A DNA stretch of 64,000 nt from Carcharhinus amblyrhynchos (Eukaryota). The position numbers and the translations under genes were made by a program. The notes beneath the pieces were generated by a model. It was given only the letters and a program-made list of their open reading frames with translations, ran no database searches and was not told the DNA's origin. Location of the stretch: positions 38,936,001 to 39,000,000 of the forward strand of contig OZ336878.1 of NCBI GenBank assembly GCA_965287045.1, given 5' to 3'. This document shows, in pieces, positions 49,567 to 62,710 of the stretch. Position 1 is the first letter of the stretch. Each line of letters begins with the position of its first letter.

Positions 49567-49584
49567 TAGCGCCCCCTCATGTCC
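49567..49584 (-). promoter_or_regulatory. CTCF-like motif
   Basis: Minus strand GGACATGAGGGGGCGCTA compared with consensus GGCCACCAGGGGGCGCTA. Confidence 0.55.
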
Positions 49585-50279
49585 CAAGTGTCTATTGCAA
49601 GCTAGGGTTATTAAGGAAGTCCCTGCCAGGGTATACTTAATAGATTCTACTTATTTCATATCGATATAAAATGTCGACATAGGACACTCTTAGGTATTTT
49701 TAAAATAACAAATGACTATAATTATGTAACTTAATATCTCATTAGGAATAATTCCTCGCCGTGAAGGTCAACGCCCGCCAATAATAAAATTGGTTCAGAA
49801 TCTTTGAACACCGTGTTCAACTTTGGACATCAAGACACAAATTGAGCAGAGACGAGCAGTGATATTAGTCTCTAATTTCAAAGGACTGAATTACAAGGAA
49901 ACACGGGATATCTGATACTCCTTAGCATTGAAATAAAACTAAAAGGACCTCATACAAGTATAAGGGTAGAGGAGCATAGATGATGTGCGTATCGAATGTG
50001 TAAGTATCAAAATGTACATGGCATATCAGAGTATACAATAAAATGGACATGGGTCAAAACTAGTGAAAGTGAAATTTGAAACAGCGCCAGGACCACTTCA
50101 CCAAAAGGGACAGGACACTCGGAATGGCCTTTCATGTACAATACTGATGTCAAAATAAGGCAAAACCAAATGTCATGCCAGTAGGGGAGGCAATTTTTTT
50201 CTTTGTCCCGAATAAATGAGTTAAAATGGATCAAGTGTTTGTCTCTGGTTTCTGTATCTATAGTTCTGATCTCTCCATT

Positions 50280-50573
50280 GGGGCGGAACGGTGGCACAGT
50301 GGTTAGCTCTGCTGCCTCAGAGCAACAGGGACCGAGGTTCAATTCCCAGCTTTGGTGACTGTTCTGAGTCAGTACGTTCTCCCTGTGCCTGCGTAGGTTT
50401 CCTCCAGGTGCTCTGGTTTCCTCCCACAGTCTGGTTAGGTGCATGAGCCATGCTAAATTCTTCCTCAGTATTCCTGAACATGCATCGGAGTGTGGCGACT
50501 AGGGGATTTTCGCAGTAACGTTACTGCAGTGTTAATGTAAGTTTACTTGTGACACGAATGAAATGAACTTTAA
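50280..50573 (+). mobile_element. tRNA-derived V-SINE (HE1-like)
   Basis: ggggcggaacggtggcacagtggttagc...ggagtgtggcgactaggggatttt...cttgtgacac. Confidence 0.9.
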
Positions 50574-52360
50574 ACATTCAAGTTTGAAGCAGTTCCCAAT
50601 AAAAGGCTGCATTTTGCCCGGAAAACATTGACGTGTCAATTGGTTGATATAAGTCACTCAGTTCTGGTTAAATGTCTATCCCAAGTCTTACAGCTAACAT
50701 GACACAAAGTCGAGTTAGCAGCAAGGAGTGATGTGCAGCATTAGATTCTACCTATTATCACAAGGCTGAAGAGAAAGTTCTTTCCAGGGCTGGGTGACAT
50801 TCTGCAGCTCCTAACGTTCTTTACTTGCTTCATGTTTATTAGATTTTTTAATGATGTATGTTACTTACCTCTTAAAATATTTGTACCCTTTACTTTTAGG
50901 GACAACCTGTATTATGCAACGTGGCTGAATCAAGAATGCAGGCCAATATCCTTCTCCCAGTTTGTTGCCGACCCTAATCTGAAGCCACGCACGTGAATGG
51001 AATTATGTGTAAGTCAAACTGAGTATTTCTTCATATGGATTATTTTCTTATCATCTATTATACTGTAACCAAGAGTTATGTAACTTCTGAAGCAGTAAAA
51101 TTAAATGAGAAAATGGACTATATATAGAGCTACAGCTGGTTGAAAATGCAATAATGCGTACAGATTTTGTACTTATGACTAGTTTTTTTACATTTCAAAA
51201 ACATGGGTAATTATTATTGTTGCGACAAGGAGTGATTTTCTGTGGAATTGGCAATAACTACTTCCCTTTACTTCCCCAAATATATTGTTTGTTATTTTCT
51301 GCTTTCCCTGTGGCCACTTATTCCTACACCATTCTCTGAAGAAAGCACCCATGACCTGTTCCCAGGCCTCTTACAAAAGAGCTTTTTAGCTGACAGCTGG
51401 TTGGAATTCAAAATCCATACTGTTTGACTTATCCTCTGTTTTTTTTCTTATTCGTTTGATTTTACTTCCACTTGGAAACTCTTCTGGGCAGTTTATATGT
51501 GCTTTGGGTCTGTCTGAATGTAGAATTCATGGGATGACCCACATTATATCAGTTTATTGGAACACTGACAACTTACCACTCTTCATACGCTCCTTAAAGC
51601 ATGAGTGACTGTGATATCTCAGGACATGTGCTCCCCTTGGAGTAATCAACGCTTTCAGATCTTAAATCCATAATCTGATTGATTATATTTTATCCATACA
51701 AATCCACAATTAGAATATATTTGCCAGAAATCACATATTTTATCAAAAATCAGTTAGCACCAATTCCCATTACATTATGTAGAATTAGTAACATAATATT
51801 TGCCCATTAAATTGAATATGCTCTTCTCTTTCTTTCATGAATATTTTATATCTGTTTTTCATTTGTCCCACACATTGATTAGAAATATAATATAACCTTA
51901 TTTTAGTTTAACATTCTTTAACATTTTGAAGTTAAGGAAAAATAAAATGTTAGGAAACTTTGAAGGTAAATTTACTTACAAATGTGAACCTAAGCTATTG
52001 CTCTTCATCACACTGACTATTTAATCACTTGGTTAAGGGGTAATCATGTATTAATAAATAGTTACCATAGAGTTTAATTATGATGGAAAAAATATATCCT
52101 TGAATCAGATAATGATGGGGAATATCATAGTAAGTCCTTGGAAAATACTTTGGTTAAAATATTGCTTGCTTACCTATAATTTCCTAGAGTATGAGTCTGT
52201 GATTTCACTATTGTCAATCAATGCTAACAGTATTTCCCCACAAGTGGACAGAGAAAAATGAAAGCACATCACCCTGAGTTGTTCATGCACACTTCACATG
52301 GGTAGATTTTCAAATTGTTACCCAGGTGGAAAACTGATGCTGCAGATTGGCTGTCCATAA

Positions 52361-54235
52361 TAGAAACATAGAAACATGTAGGTTAGAAGCAGGAGTAGGC
52401 CATTCAGCCCTTCGAGCCTGCTCCACCATTCATTTTGATCAAGGCTGATCGTTGAATTCAATATCCCCCCTTCCTCGTATATTCCTTGATCTCTTTAGCC
52501 CCAGCAGTTATATCTAATTTCTTCCTGAAATCAGACAACATTTCGGCCACAACTATTTTCTGTGGTAGCGAATTCCATACATTCACCACCCGCTGGGTGA
52601 AGAAATTTCTCCTCACCTCAGTCCTAAAAGCTTTACCTCTTATTCTAAAACTATGAGCATAAGGGGTAAACCTTTGTAGGGAAATATTGACAGCATTGCT
52701 TGACAATAGTGACTGAAGTCATAGACCCATATTCTCGGAAATTGTAGGTGTGAACTTACTTCCAACATTTGCATGACATTGTGCTATATATGTATACAAT
52801 ATTTTAACCAAAGTGAATTCCAGGGGCTTACAATGTTATTCCCCATCATTATCTGATTCAAGAACATAAATTTTCCATCATAAATAAACTCTGCAGTAAC
52901 TATTTATTGATATATGAGTTCTGGACACCCCCACCATTGGGAATGGTCTTTTTGAATTTACTGTGTCTAACCCTGTTAGAATTTTATAAATCTCCATAAG
53001 ATCCCCTCTCACCCTTCTAAACTCCAGTGAATATAATCCTAACGACTTAATCTCTCCTTACATGACAAACCTTCCATCCCAGGAATCAGCCTGGTAAAGC
53101 TTTGCTTTACTCCCTCTATAGCGAGGATATCCTTCCTTACACAAGGACAACAAAACTGCACACAGTACTCCAGTTGTAGCCTCAACAAAGCCCTATACAA
53201 TTGCAGCAAAACATCCCTATTCCTATACTCAAATCCTTTCGCTCTGAAGGCCACCATACCATTTGCCTTCCTCACTGTCTGCTGTACTTTCAGTGACTGA
53301 TGCACAAGGGCATCTAGGTCTCGCTGAGCATCCACCTCTCTCAATTTACATCTATTCAAGTAATAATCTGTCTTCCTATTACTGCTACCAAAGTGGATAA
53401 CCTTAGATTTATCCATATTAGACTGCATCTACCATGCACATATCTACACACTCAGCCTGTCCAAATCAAGTGAAGGTCTCTGCATCTTTCCCACAGCTCA
53501 CCCCACCCCCCACCCAACTTTGTATCATCTGCAAAGTTGGAGATAATCATTAATATACAAAGTGAACAGTTGGATTCCCAGCACAGATCCCTGCAGAACC
53601 CCACAAGTTACTGACTGCCAATCAGAAAAAGACCCATTTATGTCAACCCTTTGCTTCCTGTCTGCGAACCAGCTTTCTGTCCATCTCAAGACATTACCTG
53701 CAATCCATATGCTTTAATTTTATATAGTAGACTGTTATATGAGACCTCCTCAAAAGCTTTCTGAAAGTCTAAATATACCACATCCACTGGTTCTTCACGG
53801 TCAACTCTACGATTTACATCCTTGAAGAATTCCAGTTGATTCATCGAGCGTGATTTCCTTTTGTAAATCTATGCTGACTTTGTCTGATTATACCATTACT
53901 TTCCAAATGTTGAGTTATGAAATCCTTGATAATGAATTCTAGCAACTTCCCCAATACTGATATTAGGCTCACTGGTCTATAGTTCCCTGTTCTCTCTCTA
54001 CATCCCTTTTTGACTATCAGGCTTACATTAGCTACCTCCAATCTGTAGGAAACAGTCCAGGGTGCAAAGAATTTTGGAAAACAATCACCAATGGATCTAC
54101 TATTTCCAGGGCCACCTCCATATGTACTTTGGGATGAAGATTATCAGGACCCGGAGATTTATCCACCTTCAATCCCATCAATTTCCCCCAAACCATTTCT
54201 CTATTAATGCGGATTTCTTTAGGCTTTCATTAAAA
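52361..54235 (-). mobile_element. CR1-type LINE (RT domain to 3' tail) with an internal insertion at ~52658-52912
   Basis: ORF remnants NYRPVSLISVLGKLLE (53841..54041), LQLYRALLRLQLEYCVQF (53039..53428), RNFFTQRVVNVWNSLP (52458..52706). Confidence 0.93.
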
Positions 54236-54399
54236 CTTGTTTGTGGCAATAATTAGTTATTCAACTTTTTTTATTTTGGCCATCCTGGATATAAAGAAGT
54301 GACCCTTTGGAATTCAATTGCGTTTTTATTTCTTTATGGAGAGATCTAAATCTTTAATATTAGCAGGAAATATTGACAATATTCCATCTCCACATTCTT

Positions 54400-55965
54400 G
54401 CTCAATCATTTAACTGGTCTATATTGTTCTGCAACTCCTCTATGTCCTCTTCATGACTTACTTTCCTTCTTAACTCTGTCTCATCAGCAAGCTCAGATAT
54501 ATTACACTCAGTCACTGAGATAAATTGCAAATAGTTAAGGGCCAAGTTCTGATACTTGCAGCACTCCACCCTTGACAGCATGTCATCTAAAGATGACTCA
54601 TTTACTCCTACCCTGTTTTCTTTCTGTTAACCAAGCCACAATCCACGATAATATATTAACCCAAAACCATAAGCTCTAACCTTATGTAACAATCTTTCTG
54701 TGATACCTTATTTAATGGAATTTAAAACTCCAAATATGCTGTATCTGCTGGTCCTCCCTTTTACACCCTGCCAGTTGCACCCTGAATAGTCTCTAGTAGA
54801 ATTGCAAAACACAATTTCCCTTTTATAAAACTAAAGATTCTGCTTAATCATTTTATAGTTTTCTAAGTTCCCGGTTACTGTGTCCTCAATAATAGATTCT
54901 AGCATTTTTCTTATTGCTGATATCAGGCTAACTGGCCTTTGTTTCCTTGCTTTCTTTCTCCTCCTTCCTTGGACATCAGGTTACGTTTGCTGTCTTCCAT
55001 GGGGACCGTTCTAGAGTCTCAGGAATTCTAGAAGTTCAAAACCATTACACCCACTATCTCTACAACCACCTCTTTTAAAACCTAGGGTGTAGGTGATTAG
55101 GTCCAAGGAATTTTTCAGCTTTTGATACCATTTTGTCTTCAGTAGTGTTTCTGTACTAATACTAATTACTTAATTTTCTTACTTTCATTAGGCTCTTGTT
55201 TCCCAACAATTGTTCATATGCTATTTCTGTTTTCTGCTGTGAAGGTAGACATAGATTATTTGTTTAACATCTTGGCCATTTCTTTATTCCCCATTATCAT
55301 TTCTCCTGTTGCTGTCTCCATATGACCCACTTTTACATTTGTTAGTCTTTTCATTTTTACATAGTTGTAAAAACTGTTAAAATCTATTTTTATATTTCTT
55401 GCTAGTTTGTTCTCATTCCATTTTCTTTTTATCAATTCCTTGGTGATTCTTTAAAACATTCTCAATTCTCAGCCTTGATCTTTGGCAACATTATATGCCT
55501 CCAGTACTGTACTCACTTCCTCCATAAGATCCTTTACTACAGCATTACTAATTAAATCTGTCTCATTACACAATACCCAGATCCCTAGTTGGTTCCTTGG
55601 GATGTAGTTCCAGAGATCTGTCTCATAACTACTCCATGAAATCTTTGTCTAAGTTACTTTTGCTAATTTGTTTTACCCATCTATATGAAGATTAAAGACC
55701 ATTACAGCACTCTTGCTATATGCTGGTCTAATTTCCTGATTCATACTGAGGCCAACACTATGATTACTGTGAGGAGGGCAGTAAAGAACCCCCCAAAAGT
55801 GTTTTCTTAGTGATTTCTTAGCACTGATTCTACACCCTGATTTTCTATGTCTAGATCCTTTCTTCCCACTGCCTTTATCTTATCTTTTATCAGGTTTGCC
55901 CCACCTTCTTTTCCATTTTCCTATCTTTTTCTTAGAAATCAGATAGCCCAGAATATTTACCTCCT
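54400..55965 (-). mobile_element. Older CR1-type LINE ORF2 fragment
   Basis: Degenerate RT/endonuclease-region sequence (gatatcaggctaactggcct; gtcttccatggggaccgttctagagtc) parallel to the neighbouring CR1 copies. Confidence 0.7.
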
Positions 55966-56136
55966 AACCTGGTCTGGCCTAGATGCGACTCCAGATCCAC
56001 AACAATGTGGTTGACTCTCAAATGCCCCCAGGGACGGGCAATAAATGCTGGGCCAACCAGTGACACCCACATCCCATGTACAAAAAAAAATTCACCCAGA
56101 AATCCTGTCTTGGTGATAGCGACTAGATCAAACTCT

Positions 56137-56990
56137 GGGCCCGATTTTACCAAAAATTTGCACCTATTTTCTGGTGCGAAATCGCGGTAAATTCGGAAGT
56201 TGGGCCTGTAACGCAATCTGCACCGGAAACTGAGCAGATCGCGCCTTTTGGTCCGCACCCCAATCGGACAGCCCAAAGATTTAAATGCATTAAATCAATT
56301 TAAATGCATGCTAATGAACCGCGTGTCCAACTCTACCGCCAGATCCCACTTTACCGTCTTCGGATCTGTTTTGGATCTGTGCTGTTATCAATCTGCAGAA
56401 TAAAAATCCAAAGTGGATTCCTACTCAAGCACCTTTCACATACCCCCCCAGGAGGCAGGACCCCGCCTTGGCAGAGCACACCCCCCAACCTACCTTGATT
56501 GCTGCTCATCTTCCATCGTCCTTCTGACCTGCACTCGTTGATGTGGAGATGCTGATGTTGGACTGGGGTCAACACAGTAAGAAGTCTCACAACACCAAGT
56601 TGAAGTCCTGTTGGAGTTTAACCTGATGTTGTGAGACTTCTTACTGCACTCATTGGACAGCCTGCAGCACCTTCCTGGCCTTCCGCTGGCGTCTGCTGGA
56701 GGAGTGGGGAGGGGGGTGGGGGGTATGGAGAATGGACTTGGGAGAATCTCTACCTCCCACACACCCTGGGGCATTTTTTGCACCCGGGCGCAGTGTTTCA
56801 GATTTTTTTTCGAACTGCGCATGCACAGTTCAGAGCTCCAATCGTTCCGGCAGCACTAAGGCCCACCCAAAGCGCAGACCGGACTGGAGCTGGCAAAAAG
56901 TGTATGGGCGCGCTGAAACAAGGATTCTGAGCTTGGACCCATTTTATGTCTGGATCCAGCCCTTAGCCTCCAATTGGTAAAATCGGGCCC
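56137..56990. mobile_element. 854-bp MITE with perfect 17-bp TIRs (PIF/Harbinger-like)
   Basis: gggcccgattttaccaa (56137-56153) / ttggtaaaatcgggccc (56974-56990); 3-bp flanks tct / tca; CpG-rich interior. Confidence 0.88.
56540..56646. mobile_element. Fold-back short element, copy 2 (inside the MITE)
   Basis: Same leader gatgtggagatgc...ggactggggt; arms cagtaagaagtctcacaaca / tgttgtgagacttcttactg; TSD ctgcactc(g/a)ttg at 56529-56540 and 56644-56655. Confidence 0.85.
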
Positions 56991-58110
56991 TCAATCTTTA
57001 ACTGTGCCATTGATTCAGCTATTCTATTCTAAATGCATTGTATAATCAAATAAGATGCCTTAATTTTAACTTTTTGGCATTCTTCCCAGTGGCCCTGGTT
57101 CCTAAAGCTGTATCAATGTTAGGAAACTCTCTATACTCCTGACACAATCTACTGATTTTATCCAAATGAATATTCTGCTCTACAGCCTTGTCTCTTCAGA
57201 TGCATAAATTTATCCTCGCTTGAACCTACCTTCCACATTTAAAGCCCTATCACCCTGGTTATTCGGTCACCTCGTCACTGCTCCCTGCCTGGCATTACAA
57301 ATGAATTGCGGGGAAAGCTGAGTTAAGCCACTTTTTGTATTTTTTTCTTCTTCTCATTTTTCTGCCTCTTACTCCACTGATCAGGCAGTTAAGCAAACAA
57401 TTTACTCCCAATCTCTACTGATGCTGACCAGTATCCGACTAGAGGATATGCAACAGCAAAATGAGACGGTTCTCCCTTGAGAATCTAACAATTCAATAGG
57501 AAATTAATCTTATGTTCTGCCAGATGGCATGGGCTGAGCTTTGTGATAAACCAATGAGGAAACCATGGGTATGAATCAGTACATCACCAGCAATTTTTGC
57601 TTACAAGTATTTACTTAAATATTTGCAGATTTGATTCTAACATGCTAGTTTTTCACGGTCAAGAATATCTTTAAATTTACTGGAAAAAGGTATAAGGAAA
57701 TTTTCCCTTAAGGTTTCTAAAATCTAATCAAATATTCTATCCCTTTCATATAGTTTAATTATTGGAATGTGAGGGAAATATAACCAAATGATAAAGCAGG
57801 TTCTTTGGAAAATGGAACGTTCTTAGAAGAAAGCTTCATGGTATCAAATTGCTTACCTTCTCATATGGTAAAATATTGGTTTAAAATTGGTAAAGTGGCA
57901 CCTGAAAAAAATGGTTATCCCCACATTTACTCTATTTATTGTAATTGCCGGTGCATGTAATGCAATATTTTTTGATATCATGTTTGCAGACATAAAATAA
58001 GTCATGGTGTACTATTTTGAAGCAAAAACTGTGTGTACATTTAAAGATACCTGACTTTAAACTTCAATACACTCTGTCACAATATTGTCAATTAACCCCA
58101 CTTTCTACTG

Positions 58111-58697
58111 GACAAACGTAACGTGATGCATTTTGGTAGATCCAATTCAGTGGGAGCTATAAAATAAGTGGCAGAACCATCAGGAGCACAGACAGAGAGA
58201 TCTGGGAGTACAGGTCCACAGATCCTTAAAAAAGGTTTATCAGGATATTGCCTAATATGGAGAGTATTAGCTATGAGGAGAGATTGAATAAACTGGGATT
58301 GTTCCTCCTGGAAAGATGGAGGCTGAGGTTGAGGGTCAACCTGATAGGAAGTTTATAAAATTATGAGGGGCATAGATAAGGTGAACAGTTGGAAGCTTTT
58401 TCCCCAGGGCAGAAATGACAATCACAAGGGGACACAAGATTAAGGTAAGAGGGAAAAGTTCAGTAGAGAAGTGTGGGGTAAATCTTTTACACAGAGGGTG
58501 GCGGAGGCCTGGAATGCATTGCCTAGTAAGGTGGTTGAGACAGATACATTAGCGACATTTAAGACTTATCTGGATAGGCACATGAACAGGCTGGCTATAG
58601 AGACATATAGATGGTTGGTCTAGGAAGGGCAACGTGATTGGTGCAGTCTTGGTGGGCTGAAGGGCCTGTTCCTGTGCTACACTGTTCTTTATTCTTT
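58111..58697 (+). mobile_element. CR1/HER1 LINE 3' fragment
   Basis: gtgatgcattttggtag...gatctgggagtacaggtcca...cagagggtgg...tggaatgcattgcc...gggcctgttcctgtgct tail. Confidence 0.88.
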
Positions 58698-60368
58698 GTT
58701 CACTCAACTTGTCCAAATCGCACTGAAGCACCTTTGCACCTTCCTCACAGCTTATGCTCCCAACCAGCTTTGCAAATTTAGAGATACTAAATTTAGTTCC
58801 TTCATCTAAATCAACAAAATATTTTGTGAATATCTGGCATTCTAGCACTGATTCCTGTGGTACACCACTAGTCACTGCCCACCATTTGGAAAAAGACCCA
58901 TTTATTCCTACCCTTGCTTCCTGTCTGCCAACCAGTTTTCTACCCATCGCAATACACCACCCCCTATCCCACGCGCTTGAATTTTACACGCTTATCTTTT
59001 ACGTGGGACCTTGTCAAAATCCTTCTGAAAATCCACATAAATCATATCCACTAGTTTCCCCTCATCTAGTCTACTGGTCATATTCTCAAAGGATTCCAAT
59101 AGACTTGTCAAGCAAACCCTTTCATAAATCCATGCTGACTCTGTCCAATCCTGTCACTCTTTTTCAAGTGCTCTGCTATTAAATCTTAATATTAATCTTT
59201 AACATTTTCTCCACTACTGACATCAGGCTGACTGGTCCATAATTCTTTATTTTCTCTCTATTTCCTTTTTAAATAGTGGAGTTGCATTAGTTACCCTCCA
59301 AACCATAGCAATTGCTCCAGAGTCTATAGAATCTTGGAAGATGATCACCAACGTACCCACTATTTCTAGGGTCACTTTAAGTACTTTGGAATGTAGATAA
59401 ATCCTCAGGGCCTGTTAATCAGCCTTCAATCCGATCAGTTTCCCCAACACCACTTCCCTACTAATATTGATCTCCTTCAGTTCCTCTCTCTCACTAAACA
59501 CCGTGCTGCTCAAAATTTATGGTATGTTTTTAATGTGTCCTCCTTTGTGAAGATAGAACCAAACTATGTATTTAATATGCCAGCCATTTCTATGTACCCC
59601 ACTATCAATTCCCAGTTTCTTACTGCAAGGGACCTACATTTGTCTTCACCAATCTTTTTCTCTTCACATACCTATAGAAGCTTTTATAGTTAGTATTTAT
59701 GTTGCCCACAAGCTTACTCTCATACTCTATTTTCCCCTGCTCAATCAATCACTTGACCCTCCTTTGCTGAATTCAAAACTGCTCCAAATTTTCAGGTCTT
59801 TTGTTTCTTTTCGAGCCAATTTGGATGCCTCTTCCTTGGATCTAACACTATCTCTCATTTCCCTTGTAAGGGAATGGTTTGGCCACCTTTCCCATTTTAC
59901 TTTCGTGTCAGACAGGAATGAACAATCGTTGCAGTTCACCCATGTGCTCTTTGAATGTTTGCCATTGTGTGTCCATCATCATCCCTTTAAGTATCGTTCT
60001 GCAATCCATCATAGCCATTGCCTCATACCATTGTAGTTACCTTTATTTCAATTTAGGACCCAAGTCAATTCTGAGACTATGTCACCTCCACATTGATGAA
60101 GAATTCTATAATGTTTTGGTCGCTCATCTCCAACGGGTCTCGCACAACTAGATTGCTAATTATTCCTTTCTCATTACAGAGTACACAGTCAATTCGGAGC
60201 TAATACCCTTCCTCATTCTGGTGTTAATTTCCTCTTTAATGAGCAATTCAATTCCACCGGCTTTTCCTTCTTGTCTGTCCTTCTTAAATACTGAAAACCC
60301 CTGGATGTTCAGATTTCATCCCAGGTCACCTTGCAGCCAAGTCTCCATAATCCCAACTGTATCATACC
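58698..60368 (-). mobile_element. CR1-type LINE ORF2 fragment (endonuclease end to RT)
   Basis: RVGINGSFSKWWAVTSGVPQESVL...ISKFA (ORF 58549..58947). Confidence 0.9.
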
Positions 60369-62412
60369 TGTTTATTTTCAGCCTCCTTCCTGCAGTTATT
60401 ATTAAAACTTCATTTTTTTGTTTAAAACCTGTAACCCGTTTTGATGCATTCCACCCTAAAAAAATAAACTCAACTCACAGCTTTTGACGAAAGTCTTGCC
60501 AACTCATTCTTATGGCTGAAAACTCTGCGAACAGTAAGAATAAGTAAGAGAAACAGCATTGTCTGACTGATTCAATGCACTCTAAAATGCAACAGCACAC
60601 TAACAAGAAACAAGAGAAACCAATACTATTTTTGTTGCAGGGTAATGAGTGAACATGACAGTAAAAAACCGTCAGTGCAATTTCTCGCTATACACTTGTT
60701 CTCAGACTCGCTCACTCCAGCCCTGGACCCAGAGTATTTGTCATTCATGGTGCTGAGGCAGCGGACGGGTTGAGCGGGGGCGGAATCCAGAAATGGAATC
60801 CTCACCCTTTTTGGTGCTGCATGGTCTGGTGCTGTGCCGTCTGGTGGAAGTGAAGTAACTGAGAGATACATTCAGTTCCACATCCAGTAAGTTTTCCTCC
60901 TGATCACATTTGGTTACAGAGACTAAAATGAATCAATAACTTAATGGTTGCCTGGTTCAATCCTCACCTGTTGGAAAGTCACATTGATCCTGGTGTTTAC
61001 AGCGGCTTATGATTTTCTCAATTGTGTGATGTTTTAAAAAGACCAATGATTCTATTGGCTCTTATTTATTGAACTAGATTGTGGATATTGTGATAATCAA
61101 AATCCTATTTATATGTTTATTTTAATTCATTTATGGGATGTGGTTGTGCTGGCTAGGCCAACATTTATTGCCCATCACTGTGGTTTGATAATTTCATAAT
61201 CCCTGACATATGTTATCCAGACATAGAACTTGCTCTGCTATATTTTTGCCTCAATTTTTATATCGACTTTTTTGTTTGTGAGCTTTTCTCCCCCCCTTTT
61301 TGGTACACCATCTTGCATTGCAACACTAGACAGTAGTTTTAATTATTTACTGCCTCAAGTTTTCATAAGCCATTTCAAACATTGGGGGCTTAAAATGATA
61401 CCACTCTCCTCTCTGCACTGTATCTCTAACTTTCACCTCCTGCGATTCACTTGCAACCACTCTGTGCATCAGTAGATACTGTTGATTTTTATAACACTGT
61501 GTCTTTTGCCAACCCAAGATGGCTGCCAGTACCTGTCTGTGCAGTGCACCAGTCCACACAGAAATCCAATGACATCATCCCACTGTGCCCAGCCTGCCGG
61601 GAAGCCTTTAGTTTCTTGTGGCAATGTTTTATCAATAACGCTGTTGATTATATACATTTGCTTAATGGCATGTAACTAGGGTTGTCAGCACAGATTTGAC
61701 CCTAGAGATTCAGTCACACAACATATGCTGCATTCTTTAAGTGTTATTTTGTTTACTCAATGGCTTGACAACTGCTCCCCTGGCAGGATGCAAGGTAACA
61801 AATGGTGTTTTGAGGTTGCGAATGCTCAGGTTGGTCTTGACAAACTGGTCACTGCCCAAGCACCATATAATTGTGATATGATATCAGTCCAGTATGTCAC
61901 AGTAACTCACAATAAGGGCAGACATCTGCAAATGTTTTTAAAATGAATTTCTAAGGGTTGTGGTGTGTTTTAAATGGACATGAATCACACAGTTGCAAGT
62001 GATCAAGTTTAGAAGGCAAGGCGGAAATTGGTCTGCCTTCTTGGCTACCGTTCTAAACAAAATCTGTCAATTTTATAAACCATGAGAAACATGAAACACT
62101 TTAATTTGCATTATTGCTGCTGCCTCTTTCTAAACTGTTTAATGAGCATCCTTGCTCCTGGCAGCTGCCTACTTGCCTACTCTATCACCCATAATGGAAT
62201 AAACACTAGGACAATGCACGCACAGCACTAGCTACAAACCTAGCTGTTATATACACCTTTTGAGCCACACCCAAGGTCCAATGATGATTCAGTTTCCTGC
62301 TTACAATTAACACTTATTTAGGCAATCACTTACAGATGGTTGCTAGTTAACTACTTCTGACAGGCAATTTCTGTTAACCAGCTTGCAGTTTCTTTTGTTG
62401 CCTTTAAAAAAG

Positions 62413-62710
62413 TTGAAAGTTTATTTATTAGTCCTAAATAGGCTTACTTTAACATTGCAACGAAGTTACTGTGAAAATCCGCTAGTTGCCACATTCCAGT
62501 GTCTTTTCGTTACACTAAAGAAGAATTTTAGCATGGCCAATCCATCTACCTGCACATCTTTTGGACTGTGGGAGGAAACCAGAGCACCCGGAGAAATCCT
62601 ACACAGACACGGGGAGAATGTGTAAACTCCGCATAGGCAGTACCCGAGCCAGGAATTGAACCCGGGTCCCTGGCACTGTGAAGTAGCAGTGCTAATCCCT
62701 GTGTCACCAT
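62413..62710 (-). mobile_element. tRNA-derived V-SINE (HE1-like)
   Basis: Reverse complement of the 13123/50280 family. Confidence 0.9.
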
